Part shown: positions 11,435 through 21,951 of the stretch, in pieces | Layout: the number at the start of each line of letters is the position of its first letter | Position numbering within the stretch: the first letter of the stretch is position 1 | Assembly: GCF_963676685.1 (NCBI RefSeq) | Contig: NC_092350.1 | Location: 82,522,001 to 82,586,000, forward strand | Direction: 5' to 3' | DNA: 64,000 nucleotides | Source of the DNA: Mytilus edulis | Taxonomy: Eukaryota | Program-made: the position numbers and the translations under genes | The notes under the pieces: model-generated | Databases searched by the model: none | Told to the model about the DNA's origin: nothing | The model's input: the letters and a program-made list of their open reading frames with translations, nothing else

Positions 11435-11530
11435 ACTGTCATATTCTTGACTTGGTACAGGCATTTTCAAATGTAGAAAATGATGGATTAAACCTGTTTT
11501 TATAGCGTAAACCCTCTCATTTGATGACAT
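11435..11530 (-). ncRNA. Degenerate type-P5 twister copy (family A)
   Basis: Minus strand: UGUCAU..UGAGAGGG..UUUAAUCCAUCAUUUUC..GAAAAUGCCUGUACCAAGUCAAGAAUAUGACA. There are mismatches in P4 and in both pseudoknots. Confidence 0.6.
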
Positions 11531-12620
11531 TCTCATCAATATCCGTTGTATCTACATTGATGCGTTAACTAAACAGACACAACAAATAAAATAGTCAGAA
11601 TATGGGTACATCAGTCATTATCGTATAACAATTTTAAAAGGAACAATTTAATAGAACACAAAAACATCTATCTACAAACACATTCATTGAATCCCATTAT
11701 AAGAAAAAAAAATGAAATACCCAGGACATGTGTTGATGATTATAATTTTGTTTAATGCAATGAAGTGCAGGAAGAATCCCTACAAATACCAAGTTCAAAG
11801 TAATATTGTTTTACAAACATTTTTCGTATGCAACCGGACTTGACGTACTATGACTTGGTTGTATTACAACTATAGCAATATGCGCTTATCATATCTACCC
11901 ACATAGTATCTTTCTGTTGTGATCATCATACCTATTTAATTTGCATTGAAAAGTGTTTATGAAATTTGAAAATCAGTATGCAAGCGCTTCTATATGTGGT
12001 ACCATAATCGCTTTCTATTTGTAAATGTATGTATATCTTAGAGCGTTGGATGTGAATGTAATTTGTTTGTGTTTTCTCTTTAACTTGGATTTCATGAAAT
12101 AACTAGCAATAACAGAATATATAAATATCTACATTCTTATACAATTTAAAAGAAATCTGTTTCATAAATGAAAACAATGGTTCATCAACATGAATTTAAT
12201 CACGTTAATGATATCGGTTTAATACAGATATGTTTTTCAAAATAAAAAAGCCTATGCAAAAGGACTGAATCATATTACAATGTTCCTTAACATGAAGGTC
12301 ACCATAAAGATTTATCGATAAGCACAAAAGGACTTGCAGTGTTTTAGATGCTTTCGAACTAAGTTTGATTGCATATATTGTTGGCTTTATTAACCAATAT
12401 ATATTTCATTCACGTTCGAATAACAACATTACACATATAAAATTGTGTTTCCGTAACTGCCGAGTCAATATTGAATAACTAATAGAAAGAAAGCATGCAG
12501 TTGTGCAATTAATTAACAGTTGCTGTTTTCCTGGTGACGGACAAAAACACTATTTAAAGTACTAGGTTTCAGTACAAAACCATAGCTTCCCATGATTATC
12601 TTTCATTTTTAATGAGATTG

Positions 12621-12790
12621 CGATCAAAGTAGTTATAAAGGCAAACAAGTACAAAGTTGAAGAGCATAAGAGGATCCACAATTCCCAAAAGTTGTACCAA
12701 ATACGGCTACGGTAACCTGTTCCTGGGATAAGACTATCCTTAGTTTTCGAAAAATTCAAAGTGTTGTAACAGGAAATCTAAACAAAATGA
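12621..12790 (-). mobile_element. Retrozyme body fragment (no hammerhead retained)
   Basis: Aligns with 21598-21770 (CAAAGTTGAAGAGCAT..GGATCC..CCAAATACGGCTA). Confidence 0.7.
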
Positions 12791-13159
12791 AATCCTCAAA
12801 AATAAATAAAATAAATAGAAAACGTATGAACGACTGCTTTTAAATTAATCTAAATGAAAGAAGTGTATGATGGTATCCTTTTAGAACATCTGTTAAAACT
12901 TGAGCATCACAACAGGTGGTACTTGTGTAGTATGATCTGCGTACCCATACACACAACTTGTGAGTATTCCTGTATAGAATTATGTGGCTTAGTTTGTCTG
13001 TTCATTGTCTGTAGTTTTCTATTGATAGTGTTCTTATGTTATTTTCGTCTGATAAGTTTTGAATGTGACTTTTTCGGATGTGCTGCATTTCGTCGGGTTA
13101 TGTAGTGTATTTCGGTTGTTTCCTGTAAATAGTTAATATTTCAGTTTTATCATTTATCT

Positions 13160-13680
13160 TGTGTATAGTCATTTTATAAAATGTACTGTTTGCAAAAGTA
13201 TAAATTATTCTAAATAATAGGGATGTTCTTGTACCTAACAGAAAATCCTGGCCGTTTTTGGCACAACTTTTCAGAACGTTTGGTCCTCAATGTTGTTTAA
13301 CTTTGTACTTGTTTCGGCTTTCAAACGTTTGTATCTGGGCGTCACTAGTAAGTCTCGTGTGGGCAAAATGCACTTCTGGCGTATTAACATTTTAAACTTG
13401 CTGCCTTTTGTTAGCTATTATTCGTATGTTTCTTTGTCAATAATACTCTCCTATTTATTTATATTGTAGTCCTGTAGTGTTGTGTTGTCATTTTAATGTC
13501 ATATTTCACATGGCCATAAAAGAGGGAGGTTTGGCATGCCACAAAACCAGGTTCAACCCACCATTTTGCCTTTGAAAATGTCCTGTACCAAGTCAGGAAT
13601 TTGGTCATTGTTATATTATAGTTCGTTTCTGTGTGTGTTACATTTTAACGTTGGCTTTCCGTTGTGTCGTTTATTTTCTC
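13160..13680 (+). mobile_element. Composite element (family C): retrozyme-derived body, dead hammerhead and twister
   Basis: 13160-13382 aligns to the hammerhead retrozyme sense strand. The hammerhead remnant is at 13339-13382 and the twister at 13510-13608. The 3' part is homologous to 36120-36365(-) and 63810-64000(-). Confidence 0.75.
13510..13608 (+). ncRNA. Candidate type-P5 twister ribozyme (family C, near intact)
   Basis: AUGGCCAUA-AAA-GAGG-GAGGU-UUGGCAUGCCACAAAACCAGGUUC/AA-CCC-AC-CAUUUU..AAAAUG-U-CCUG-UACCAAGU-CAGG-AA-UUUGGUCAU. P5 differs in sequence from family A but still pairs. Predicted cleavage is between 13554 and 13555. Confidence 0.75.
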
Positions 13681-14229
13681 AACATGATTTGATTCAGCAG
13701 ATATCTGTTTGACATTTGATTGATATATATATATATATAAGCAAGCTGACTTTTTTTCCTTAACTCTTGTACTGTCCATAGATGATAAGAACAGTAAACA
13801 GACATATAAACAAAACTGTTTCATTAAGTTCTGTCATAATTTCTTCCTAGAACAAAAGTATTTATGACAAGCAGACGACCTTGATGGTTTATCACACTAT
13901 AGGTTATATGGTACATCACTGTCTTTGATAGCAGATGAAATTTCATTATTTACAACTCGCCTGATAAATCACTGCATAACAACTAGAAAACAATTTGAAT
14001 ATTTTACAATCGTTCCTATTAATTGCTTTTTGTCTTTAGTTTTTACGTGTTCATAATAAAAGAAATTAAAAAAAAAATGTCTGATATCTACAATTAGCGA
14101 CCAAATGACATCTACAATTATAAACCACCGTATGGCCTTCAACAATGAGCAAAGCCATTACCTCATAGTCAGCAATAAAAGGCCCAAAATGACATATGCA
14201 ACACAATTGAAACAAGAAAACTAATAGTC

Positions 14230-15499
14230 AAAAAGAGGGACGAAAGATACCAAAGGGACAATCAAACTCATAAATCTAAAACAAACTGACAACGCCATGG
14301 CTAAAAATGAAAAAGACAAACAGAAAAACAATAGCACACACGACACAACATAGAAAACTAAAGAATAAACAACACGAACCCCACCAAAACCTAGGGGTGA
14401 TCTCAGGTGCTCCGGAAGGGTAAGCAGATCCTGCTCCACATGTGGCACCCGTCGTGTTGATTATGTGATTACAAATCCGATAAAGAGTCTAATTCGGTAA
14501 GTCACATTCATGAAAGGGAAGGGGATTGTAGATACGACGTAAGGAACATATCCGATATCATTTGTGAAACGGTTATTTCATAACGGTCAACCAACTCGTG
14601 ATGGCGTCCGTAAAATTTACGAAAGGATGATTTCAACTTCACAATTTGGAACTCTTGGTTTAATAGCTTCCTTGTGAGCAGTAACCCTCTATCAAGAAAA
14701 TCATGATAGGAAATGCAAGCACGGGAATATCGTATCAATTGGGAGATATATACCCCGTATGCAGGTGCTGCTGGAATGTTGCTACTTAGAAATGGAAAGT
14801 TCACAATTGGAAAGCTGAAATCATCTCTTTTGTCGTAAAGTTTTGTTTTCAACCGACCCTCATTGTCAATTTCTAGATGTAATTCAAGATATGAAGCCGA
14901 CTTAACTGTATCTGTAGTATCCTTTATCTCCAATTCGATGGGATAGATGCGTTCCACATAGTCACCAAATTTTGAATTGTTTAGTGAAAGAACGTCATCT
15001 ATATAGCGAAAAGTAGAGTTAAAGGATATTGCTAACTTCTTATCTTTCTTCCTAAGAAGTTCCTGCATGAAGTCAGCCTCATAATAATAAAGAAACAAGT
15101 CGGCAAGTAGAGGGGCACATTTGTTCCCATTGGGGTGCCGACAGTCTGTTGAAAAACACGTCCTCCGAACGTTACAAATATGTTGTCAATCAAGAAATCA
15201 AGCATCTTGATAATATCGGTTTCAGAGAATTTTTTGTTTGAATGACAGTGATTCTTTATGATGTATCCCTCCCTAAGACAAGATACTTGTATCTACGTTG
15301 ACCATTCTTTTTTATGAAGCAAAGTAATACCAACTCTTTCAATTTGTCTTTTAGTTTGGAATGTGGAATACTTGTGTACAGAGAAGAAAAGTCAAATGTG
15401 TTAATACTGTTACAAGATGAAAGAGAGTTAGATTGTATGTACATGTATTCTAAAAGATCTTTGGAATTTTTAAGTATCCACATCTGATTCACGCCACCT
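14230..15499 (-). mobile_element. 5'-truncated Penelope-like retroelement, Naiad-type (RT at C-terminus, no downstream GIY-YIG)
   Basis: RT coding remnant at 15499-14508, followed by a ~280-nt 3' UTR whose fragments recur at ~10255, ~54190-54400, ~56337-56368, ~60963-61122 and ~62840-62935. Confidence 0.88.
14508..15499 (-). pseudogene. Reverse transcriptase pseudogene fragment (Penelope-like)
   Basis: Motif A TFDFSSLYTSIP, motif B' QQTVGTPMGTN/APLLADLFL, motif C FRYIDD and the PLE thumb region (LYDKRDDFSFPIVNFP...SQLIRYSRAC) are present. Frameshifts occur near 15258 and 15118. The ORF stops right after the thumb. Confidence 0.92.
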
Positions 15500-16613
15500 T
15501 AGTATAAGTTAATTTTAAGGAAAATCAACTTAGAAAATATACCAGGCTTATAAATGTGTACGCTAGACACGTGCTAGGTCAACATATGTTGTAGAGAGGT
15601 CCGCGTCAGTCATAGGGAAAGGACAAATACAAACAAACCATGAGGAACCAAATTCTATAAAATGATTTGTCAAGCTGTAAATATTAGAGTTGAAGTCAAT
15701 AAGATACTATGAATAAATGTAATCAACCAATTTGCTATTAGATGCATTCCAGACTGCAATAAATATTTTAACTTTAACGTGATTTGATAGGTCTGCACAT
15801 ACATAAAGCAGATTCCTCTCAAATTGTATTTATAGACATTGTTTTTGTTCTGTTCATTAGAGAAACGAACATGGCTGCCATATCTTATGAGAAAGTATGT
15901 TCAAGATTTGTCTTGTCTATGGTTGTATATGGTCAATTTGATGTGAAATAGCTATAGATATATAAATGCAAGTTGACTTGATATATTTGTATTTTTAATT
16001 TTGCTGCTGACAATTATTATAATGGATGCATTTGTCTTGTTTTAAGAGTTAGAAATAGAGGATTGAAAAAAAGACAACAGCAGAACGTTTCAGATATAAG
16101 GTATGTTAAAAAATGCTTTGCATCAATAATCAACATATGCTGGATTTTCAACATTTAGCAATCCTTCATCAAATGTAAAGAAGAAAAATGTTTTGCCTAT
16201 CTCATATGCTGCGCTTTTGACAACGTCAGTCATCTCAGTATCATATTGATGAACAAAGAGACAATTGTAATCATGCATTTGAAATTGGCATCACATGAGA
16301 AGCATTACTGTAATTGCGCACGCATATGTCGTAAACATTTATAATCTTATCCAAAAACAATTGATTGCAAATGCTAATATGACTGTTACATGTAACAACC
16401 TAATCGGTGTGATGGCCAAAAACATAATGAGACATGGTTTCGAGAAAGAATGGTTCGCCTTTTTTTTAACAATATCTATTAAAATATATGCAGTATCTAC
16501 TTCACAAAATATTCATGATGTAATATTCTATATACATTACTTGTTTCTCTTAACTTTTACCTTACTGTGCGTGTGTGTGTGCGTGTTCGGCGTATCACAT
16601 TATAAGCCTTTCA

Positions 16614-17303
16614 TAACTGTTTACACTACTTGGTCGATGCCACTACTGGTGGACGTTTTGTCTAAAAGGGTATCATCAGCCCAGTAGTCAGCACGTCGAT
16701 GTTGACATGAATATCAATGAATTGGTAATGTTCATAAAGTCGCTGTTTGCAAAGTATAATTGATTCTAAAAATTAAGGATTTTCTTATCGCAGGCATATA
16801 TTACCTTAGCCGTATTTGGCTACTTTGGAATTTAGGATGCTCAATGCTCGTTCCCTTTATACTTTGTCTTTTAACTATTTTGATCCGAGCGTTACTTAGG
16901 AGATAACTGTATTGTCTTTTAAGCTCTGACGGCATCAATTGGGGATTTGATAGTCGCAAACTAAGTTTACTGGCGACATGTTAGCGGAGAGAGTAAACGG
17001 GTATTTGCGACCATCAAATTCACAATTGATGCCGCCGGAGCTTATAATACAATATTGTTATCTCGATTATAATGAAACTGACAGAAAACAACGTTAAAAC
17101 ATGTGTTTAAAATCTGGCATATGCCGTCTGCGCTTGAGCGTACGTCCCATTGCATCAATTGTCAATTGATGCCATGTAAATAAGTGACGTTATCCAATCA
17201 AAATGAACGTTACAAATGTTGTTGCATTAGAATGATTGTTATAATTAAGACGGAACGCGCGTCTGGCGTTATCAAATCATAAGCCTGGTACCTTTGATAA
17301 CTA
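16614..17303 (+). mobile_element. Hammerhead retrozyme monomer interrupted within the ribozyme core
   Basis: Reverse complement of the 357-nt family. GAGCGTTACT (16887-16896) and AGACGGAACGCGCGTCTGGCGT (~17248-17269) are separated by a 337-bp insertion. Confidence 0.8.
16897..17233. mobile_element. Foldback insertion with two abutting inverted-repeat pairs
   Basis: Long arms at 16900-16960 and 17004-17064. A second pair is ATTATAATGAAAC (17066-17078) and GTTGCATTAGAAT (17221-17233). Boundaries are fixed by the host retrozyme, and there is no TSD longer than 1 bp. Confidence 0.8.
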
Positions 17304-17659
17304 CTAATACATTGAGTGTTTCTGATGTAAGGTGTTCAAGAGGTATGACCAAAGGCAAGTGCAGTTTTCATTGTGTTAACTCAGGTATGTATTTTTCATG
17401 CTATTTCTAATTTATTTGAAGAAAAGTGAATACGAATTTAAGTTTCTCTATACATTGGTAATCAATTACGCAGACATTATTGCTGGCAACAATCAGTTGT
17501 GTTTGCTTGTCCGTAATATATGTTTACACAGTTTCGCTGCTTGATATACATTCTTGTAATGTTTCAAATGCGCCTATTTTAGGTTAAACGTCCAATTGTA
17601 TATATATATAACGGATCCATAAACACCCTTATTTCGAGTGTGAGATTTAACGAACAAGT

Positions 17660-18116
17660 TAAAGTAGGTCCGAGACCACAATTATTTCCTAGTGCCTTTC
17701 TTTTAGAACATAAATGAAAATGAAAAAAATCCCACTTGCGTTTTCTCAATGAAATATTTACAGTGTGTTGTACTACTTTTGTGTCAAATATATCAAAACT
17801 ATAGAAAACTGTATCGGTTCTTACTTAAAATATGGACAATTGTATGCTTAGGACGTCTTGAAATCTTTTGACAGCTTCCGAAGTGCTAATGTTTAACCTT
17901 TTCAGCTGAACGAAATCACTACTTTCCTTTAAAATTCTGGACCCAAATTTTGTTAGTGTAATTTCACCCCCTTACCTGCAATTTGAGGCATCAAACATGG
18001 AGACATAAATTTGGAATTGTTATAAATTTAATTGGAAGTAACCAACTGTCAACACTAGGGACTATATGTGTGAACCAAGAAACTCATTTGACGACAATTC
18101 TGGTCACGGACCAGTA
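17660..18116. mobile_element. MITE-like non-autonomous DNA transposon
   Basis: TIR-like pair GGTCCGAGACCACAATT (17667-17683) and AATTCTGGTCACGGACC (18096-18112), 15/17 match. Confidence 0.65.
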
Positions 18117-21100
18117 GGTTTAATATCAATACACATGGCATGTTTTTTTAAAACAATTTTTAAAATATTAAGTTTGTTTCGGCATTAGTGTTGCCAATAA
18201 GAGTTTGCGTAACGTTTCACGTTTAAGTTTTATAAAGAGTGCTTGTTTTTGTATAAAGAATCCGTTTTGTATACTGATGGATTCCATTTAGATAATAAAG
18301 ATCTTTTGAAGCATATTAGTGTATTGTAAGCGTTTTCCATTGTCATACCATGTTGATCTGTCGCATAGGAATCCATTACATTGCAAAGATATTTGAACAA
18401 AGAAAATAAACATGAGGGTAAAAAATGTCAAAAACATGGGTAGATCAGTTAACATTGTTTTATCATCTGAATCAATATGAAATGAAGCAAATATGTCAAC
18501 AAAGATAAACACACTGCACATATAAAAAGCACATTAGCAATAACGAATGACAATACTATCAAAATTAACAATAGCAGAATAATACAATGACGGGATTTAT
18601 AAGTATCGAGCCACGTCAAATAGAAATTGCGAAATATTGACCAAACCGTAAACAGTTAAATGTACAAAGACACACAAAAGGAATAGCATTACACATTAAA
18701 TCTATTCTTTAAGACCATAGTATATCATCAGTAAGGTTCACCAATCTTACAACTCATTAAGTTTGTTCTATTACCGGAATAATTCAACTAGATTCAGTGC
18801 AAAACAGAATCTAAAAGAACTTTTTCATAATTGGACTTTTTACCTTTTGATTTGAGCGTCACTTGTAGACGAAACATTCGTATATATTCCAAGTATTTAT
18901 GACGCGTATATTATATAAACAAGTTGTATATACATATCCAATTGATATCGATTATAAAGTCGAAAGTCAGCCCCGATATTGCATTATTGTTCTTGAAACC
19001 TTTTTGTTATTATAAATAAACTCACTTTTGCATAAGGAGTTCAACTTTGTTGGTAAAAAATTTAAAACCATAATGAATTACATTTTACATTTATTGTTTT
19101 ATGAAATAAATTCAAGCGTAATTGGTAATACCTCCTGTTCATGTTTAAAGTGTGTATACTTTAGAATTTCGGCTTTATTTCTGATCGGTCCAATATCAAT
19201 CATGTAACCAATAGGTTGCAATGTCAATTAATTAGCTTTATCCATTGATTACATTGGACTTACTACTTTCTCAAAGGAGGCTTAAATACAACATTAATTC
19301 AGACAATTGTATGATAAAGAATTTTGTTTTAATTTTGAAAACTCAATGGAAATCAATTTAACATAATTAATTGACGTTTTATTTAGTTATCGTAATTTTA
19401 TTATTTAATTTGGCAGACCTGATGATAAGATTAATACTATTGGATATACTGTATATAGAAACCAGTATCGATACCATGCTTAACCGTGTGTTTCCATTTG
19501 TCTGTTGATTTTTAAAAGAAATGAAATATATATAGTTACAATTGTCTCCAGGTCTATAAAACACAAACAAACTGAAATAAACATTTTAATATCAACTTAC
19601 GGCACAAAGATACTTTAATAGCGCAATCTTCGTGCAAGTTGCTTATTTTTATAAAATAGCCATAATCAAGCATGTCCGTGCATGGCTATTCAAAGTTTAG
19701 AATGTGTTTCTTTTTTATTAGATCGTCAATGAAGAGGTCGGATTTGTATCTTTGATGATTTCTTACAAAAGATTTTTTTACAAAACTTTTGAGAGACATT
19801 TCTAAAGGTAACTGTATGTCCATGCTAACAAACAATTTAAAGTAGCAAAATAGCAACTGGGACATAAAAACACAAGAATCATCAATTTTCAATTAAAATG
19901 TTGACCTTTGATCTTAAAATCTAAGTTAAACTATCTGATATTTTGTGTTGTTTCACATCAAGAATAAATACTAAAGATGTAAGAAACATATATTTATTAG
20001 TATAAAGGTGTTAGAAACTAAAAAAAAAGACCAACGTTACTACTTTACAATTTTACTTTAGGTTGATTTGACAATAATATTTTTCGATCATATTCTGCTT
20101 AAAATTTTTCTATACTATACTATCATGGAGCAAATAAAAAATAGAAAATCGCAATTTTTATGAAACTTTACATTAAAATAATGACTAATGTCGAAGACTT
20201 TGTCTAAAAAGTACTAGTTTTCAGGAACAGTTCCTAGTAAATCCCAAGTGCACTGTTGGTCCACATCATATTACAATCTAGTTAGCTCTTTCTTCTCCTG
20301 TTGTATTGCATCTTGAAATACCATGATTTATACACAGTAATTACTTCAAAAATGAATGTCTATTATAGCAATCTCATAAAATTTGGGTTGATAAAAAGTT
20401 CTATAACAACAAAGGTTTCAGCACATATTTAATTATATATCGATAGAACAGGATTATGTCGCAATGAAATTACTAGAATGGAATAAAGGTGTTGTAACGT
20501 TGCGTCTATGAAATGTGCCTCTTGATAATAAGATTAACAATGTCGCATAATAGCTGCTAATATACCGCTAGAACATTTGAAGCTTCATTAATTCCAAAAG
20601 GTCCTTTCATTAATAGTTTACTTATTATGATACTTTAACAATGTTTACCGCTTCCGCAAATCCAAAAAGGTAAACATAGTGGAAACAAATATAAAACGAA
20701 ACATAGTTCATAGTTATTACTATTAAAAAACTAACTTATATTTTCTGCATGATCTGTGTTGACATGCACCTCGCCATTCATTGTCTTTTTGATTGTGCTT
20801 GCATTTGTTTTATTTCAGTTTTTATTTTTGTATATTCTGCCACATTGGTGAATGTAACAGTAGACTTGTAAATATTTCCAAGTTAATCTAATAAGAGAAA
20901 AATATAAAACAACTCTTTCAAAAAAATGTCAACTTATTTAGAAAAAAAAACAGTGTCTGTTGCTTTCCTTCGTGTTATAAAGTTATTCTAAACAAAAGCC
21001 CTTTAACTGTACAGGCTTAGAACAGCACCAACGACAATTACTTCCAAGCATTACAATGTCAGCGTTTTCAATTTGAGTCTCTCTATTTGGTATTCTGTTC

Positions 21101-21550
21101 CACCCATATTTGTACATAAAAAAATAATACATGCTATAAGCATGCAGGTTTACAAAAATGAATTAACGCTAGAAATTACAAACTAACACAATACATTTGA
21201 AAACCTAACTATTTAAGTCCGTCATTTTAGTATTACCCTTATCAACAATTGAAGGACTGGAAAGCAATAATCAATCTATTGGTTACTAATTGTAAGCATG
21301 AATTCATGTGCAGAAACAAACTCACTTATTGTTTATTTTAATTTCCAGAATATTTCTACAGAGGATTTTACTGATTTAATATTATGGTTTGAACAAGAAC
21401 AGTAGAAATAAATCAATGTGTCTTTGGCTTTAATATATCTTATTGGTCCGAACATTGTTTTATTTTCAAATTATCTGTTCATTTAAATTGCACATTAGCA
21501 AAAATGTGCATAAATAATAGTTATCAAAAGTACCAGGATTATAATTGTAT

Positions 21551-21594
21551 ACGCCAGACGCACGTTTCGTCTACATAAAACTCATCAGTGACGT
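21551..21594 (-). ncRNA. Type I minimal hammerhead ribozyme
   Basis: Minus strand: ACGUCA-CUGAUGA-GUUU UAUGU AGAC-GAAA-CGUGCG-UC/UGGCGU. Cleavage after GUC, between 21557 and 21556. Confidence 0.88.
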
Positions 21595-21907
21595 TCAGAT
21601 CAAAATAGTTAAAAAGCCAAATCAATACAAAGTTGAAGAGCATTGAGGATCCAAAATTCCAAAAAGTTGTGCCAAATACGGCTAAGGTAATCTACTCCTG
21701 GGGTAAGAAAATCCTTAGTTTTTCGAAAAATTCAAGGTTTTGTAAACAGAAAATTTATATAAAAATGACCATATAATTGATATTCATGTCAACACCGAAG
21801 TGCTGACTACTGGGCTGGTGATACCCTCGGGGAAGAAACGTCCACCAGCAGTGGCATCGACCCAGTGGTGTAAATAGTTATTAAAAGTACCAGGATTATA
21901 ATTTTAT

Positions 21908-21951
21908 ACGCCAGACGCGCGTTTCGTCTACATAAGACTCATCAGTGACGC
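21908..21951 (-). ncRNA. Type I minimal hammerhead ribozyme
   Basis: Minus strand: GCGUCA-CUGAUGA-GUCU UAUGU AGAC-GAAA-CGCGCG-UC/UGGCGU. Helix III is the palindrome ACGCGCGU. Cleavage between 21914 and 21913. Confidence 0.92.

Noticed and set aside
14221-14448. 75-aa ORF MPHVEQDLL... as a protein
   Set aside because: It is a chance frame across the retroelement 3' UTR. The similar ORFs at 10108-10362 and 60821-61120 are copies of the same tail.
14385-14452. HDV-like ribozyme in the Naiad 3' UTR
   Set aside because: A P1-like helix with a G-U start can be drawn, but there is no P2 adjacent to P3 and no convincing J4/2. It is kept only as an unclassified structure.
14455-14512. SECIS element after the Naiad-type ORF (some Naiads encode selenoproteins)
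   Set aside because: AUGA plus a stem is present, but the 3' GA of the quartet is AA here, the AUGA overlaps the stop codon, and the surviving RT fragment has no in-frame UGA.
16295-16687. 130-aa ORF as a host gene
   Set aside because: It has no recognisable domain, runs through a (GT)n tract and ends in retrozyme sequence.
17305-17386. Cys-rich exon (VRCSRGMTKGKCSFHCVNS) resembling an antimicrobial peptide or EGF-like repeat
   Set aside because: A donor site is present, but there is no clear acceptor, signal peptide or partner exon, and it is too short to assign.
19600-19810. Decayed CARD/death-fold exon on the minus strand
   Set aside because: The resemblance is vague, with an internal stop and no supporting exons.
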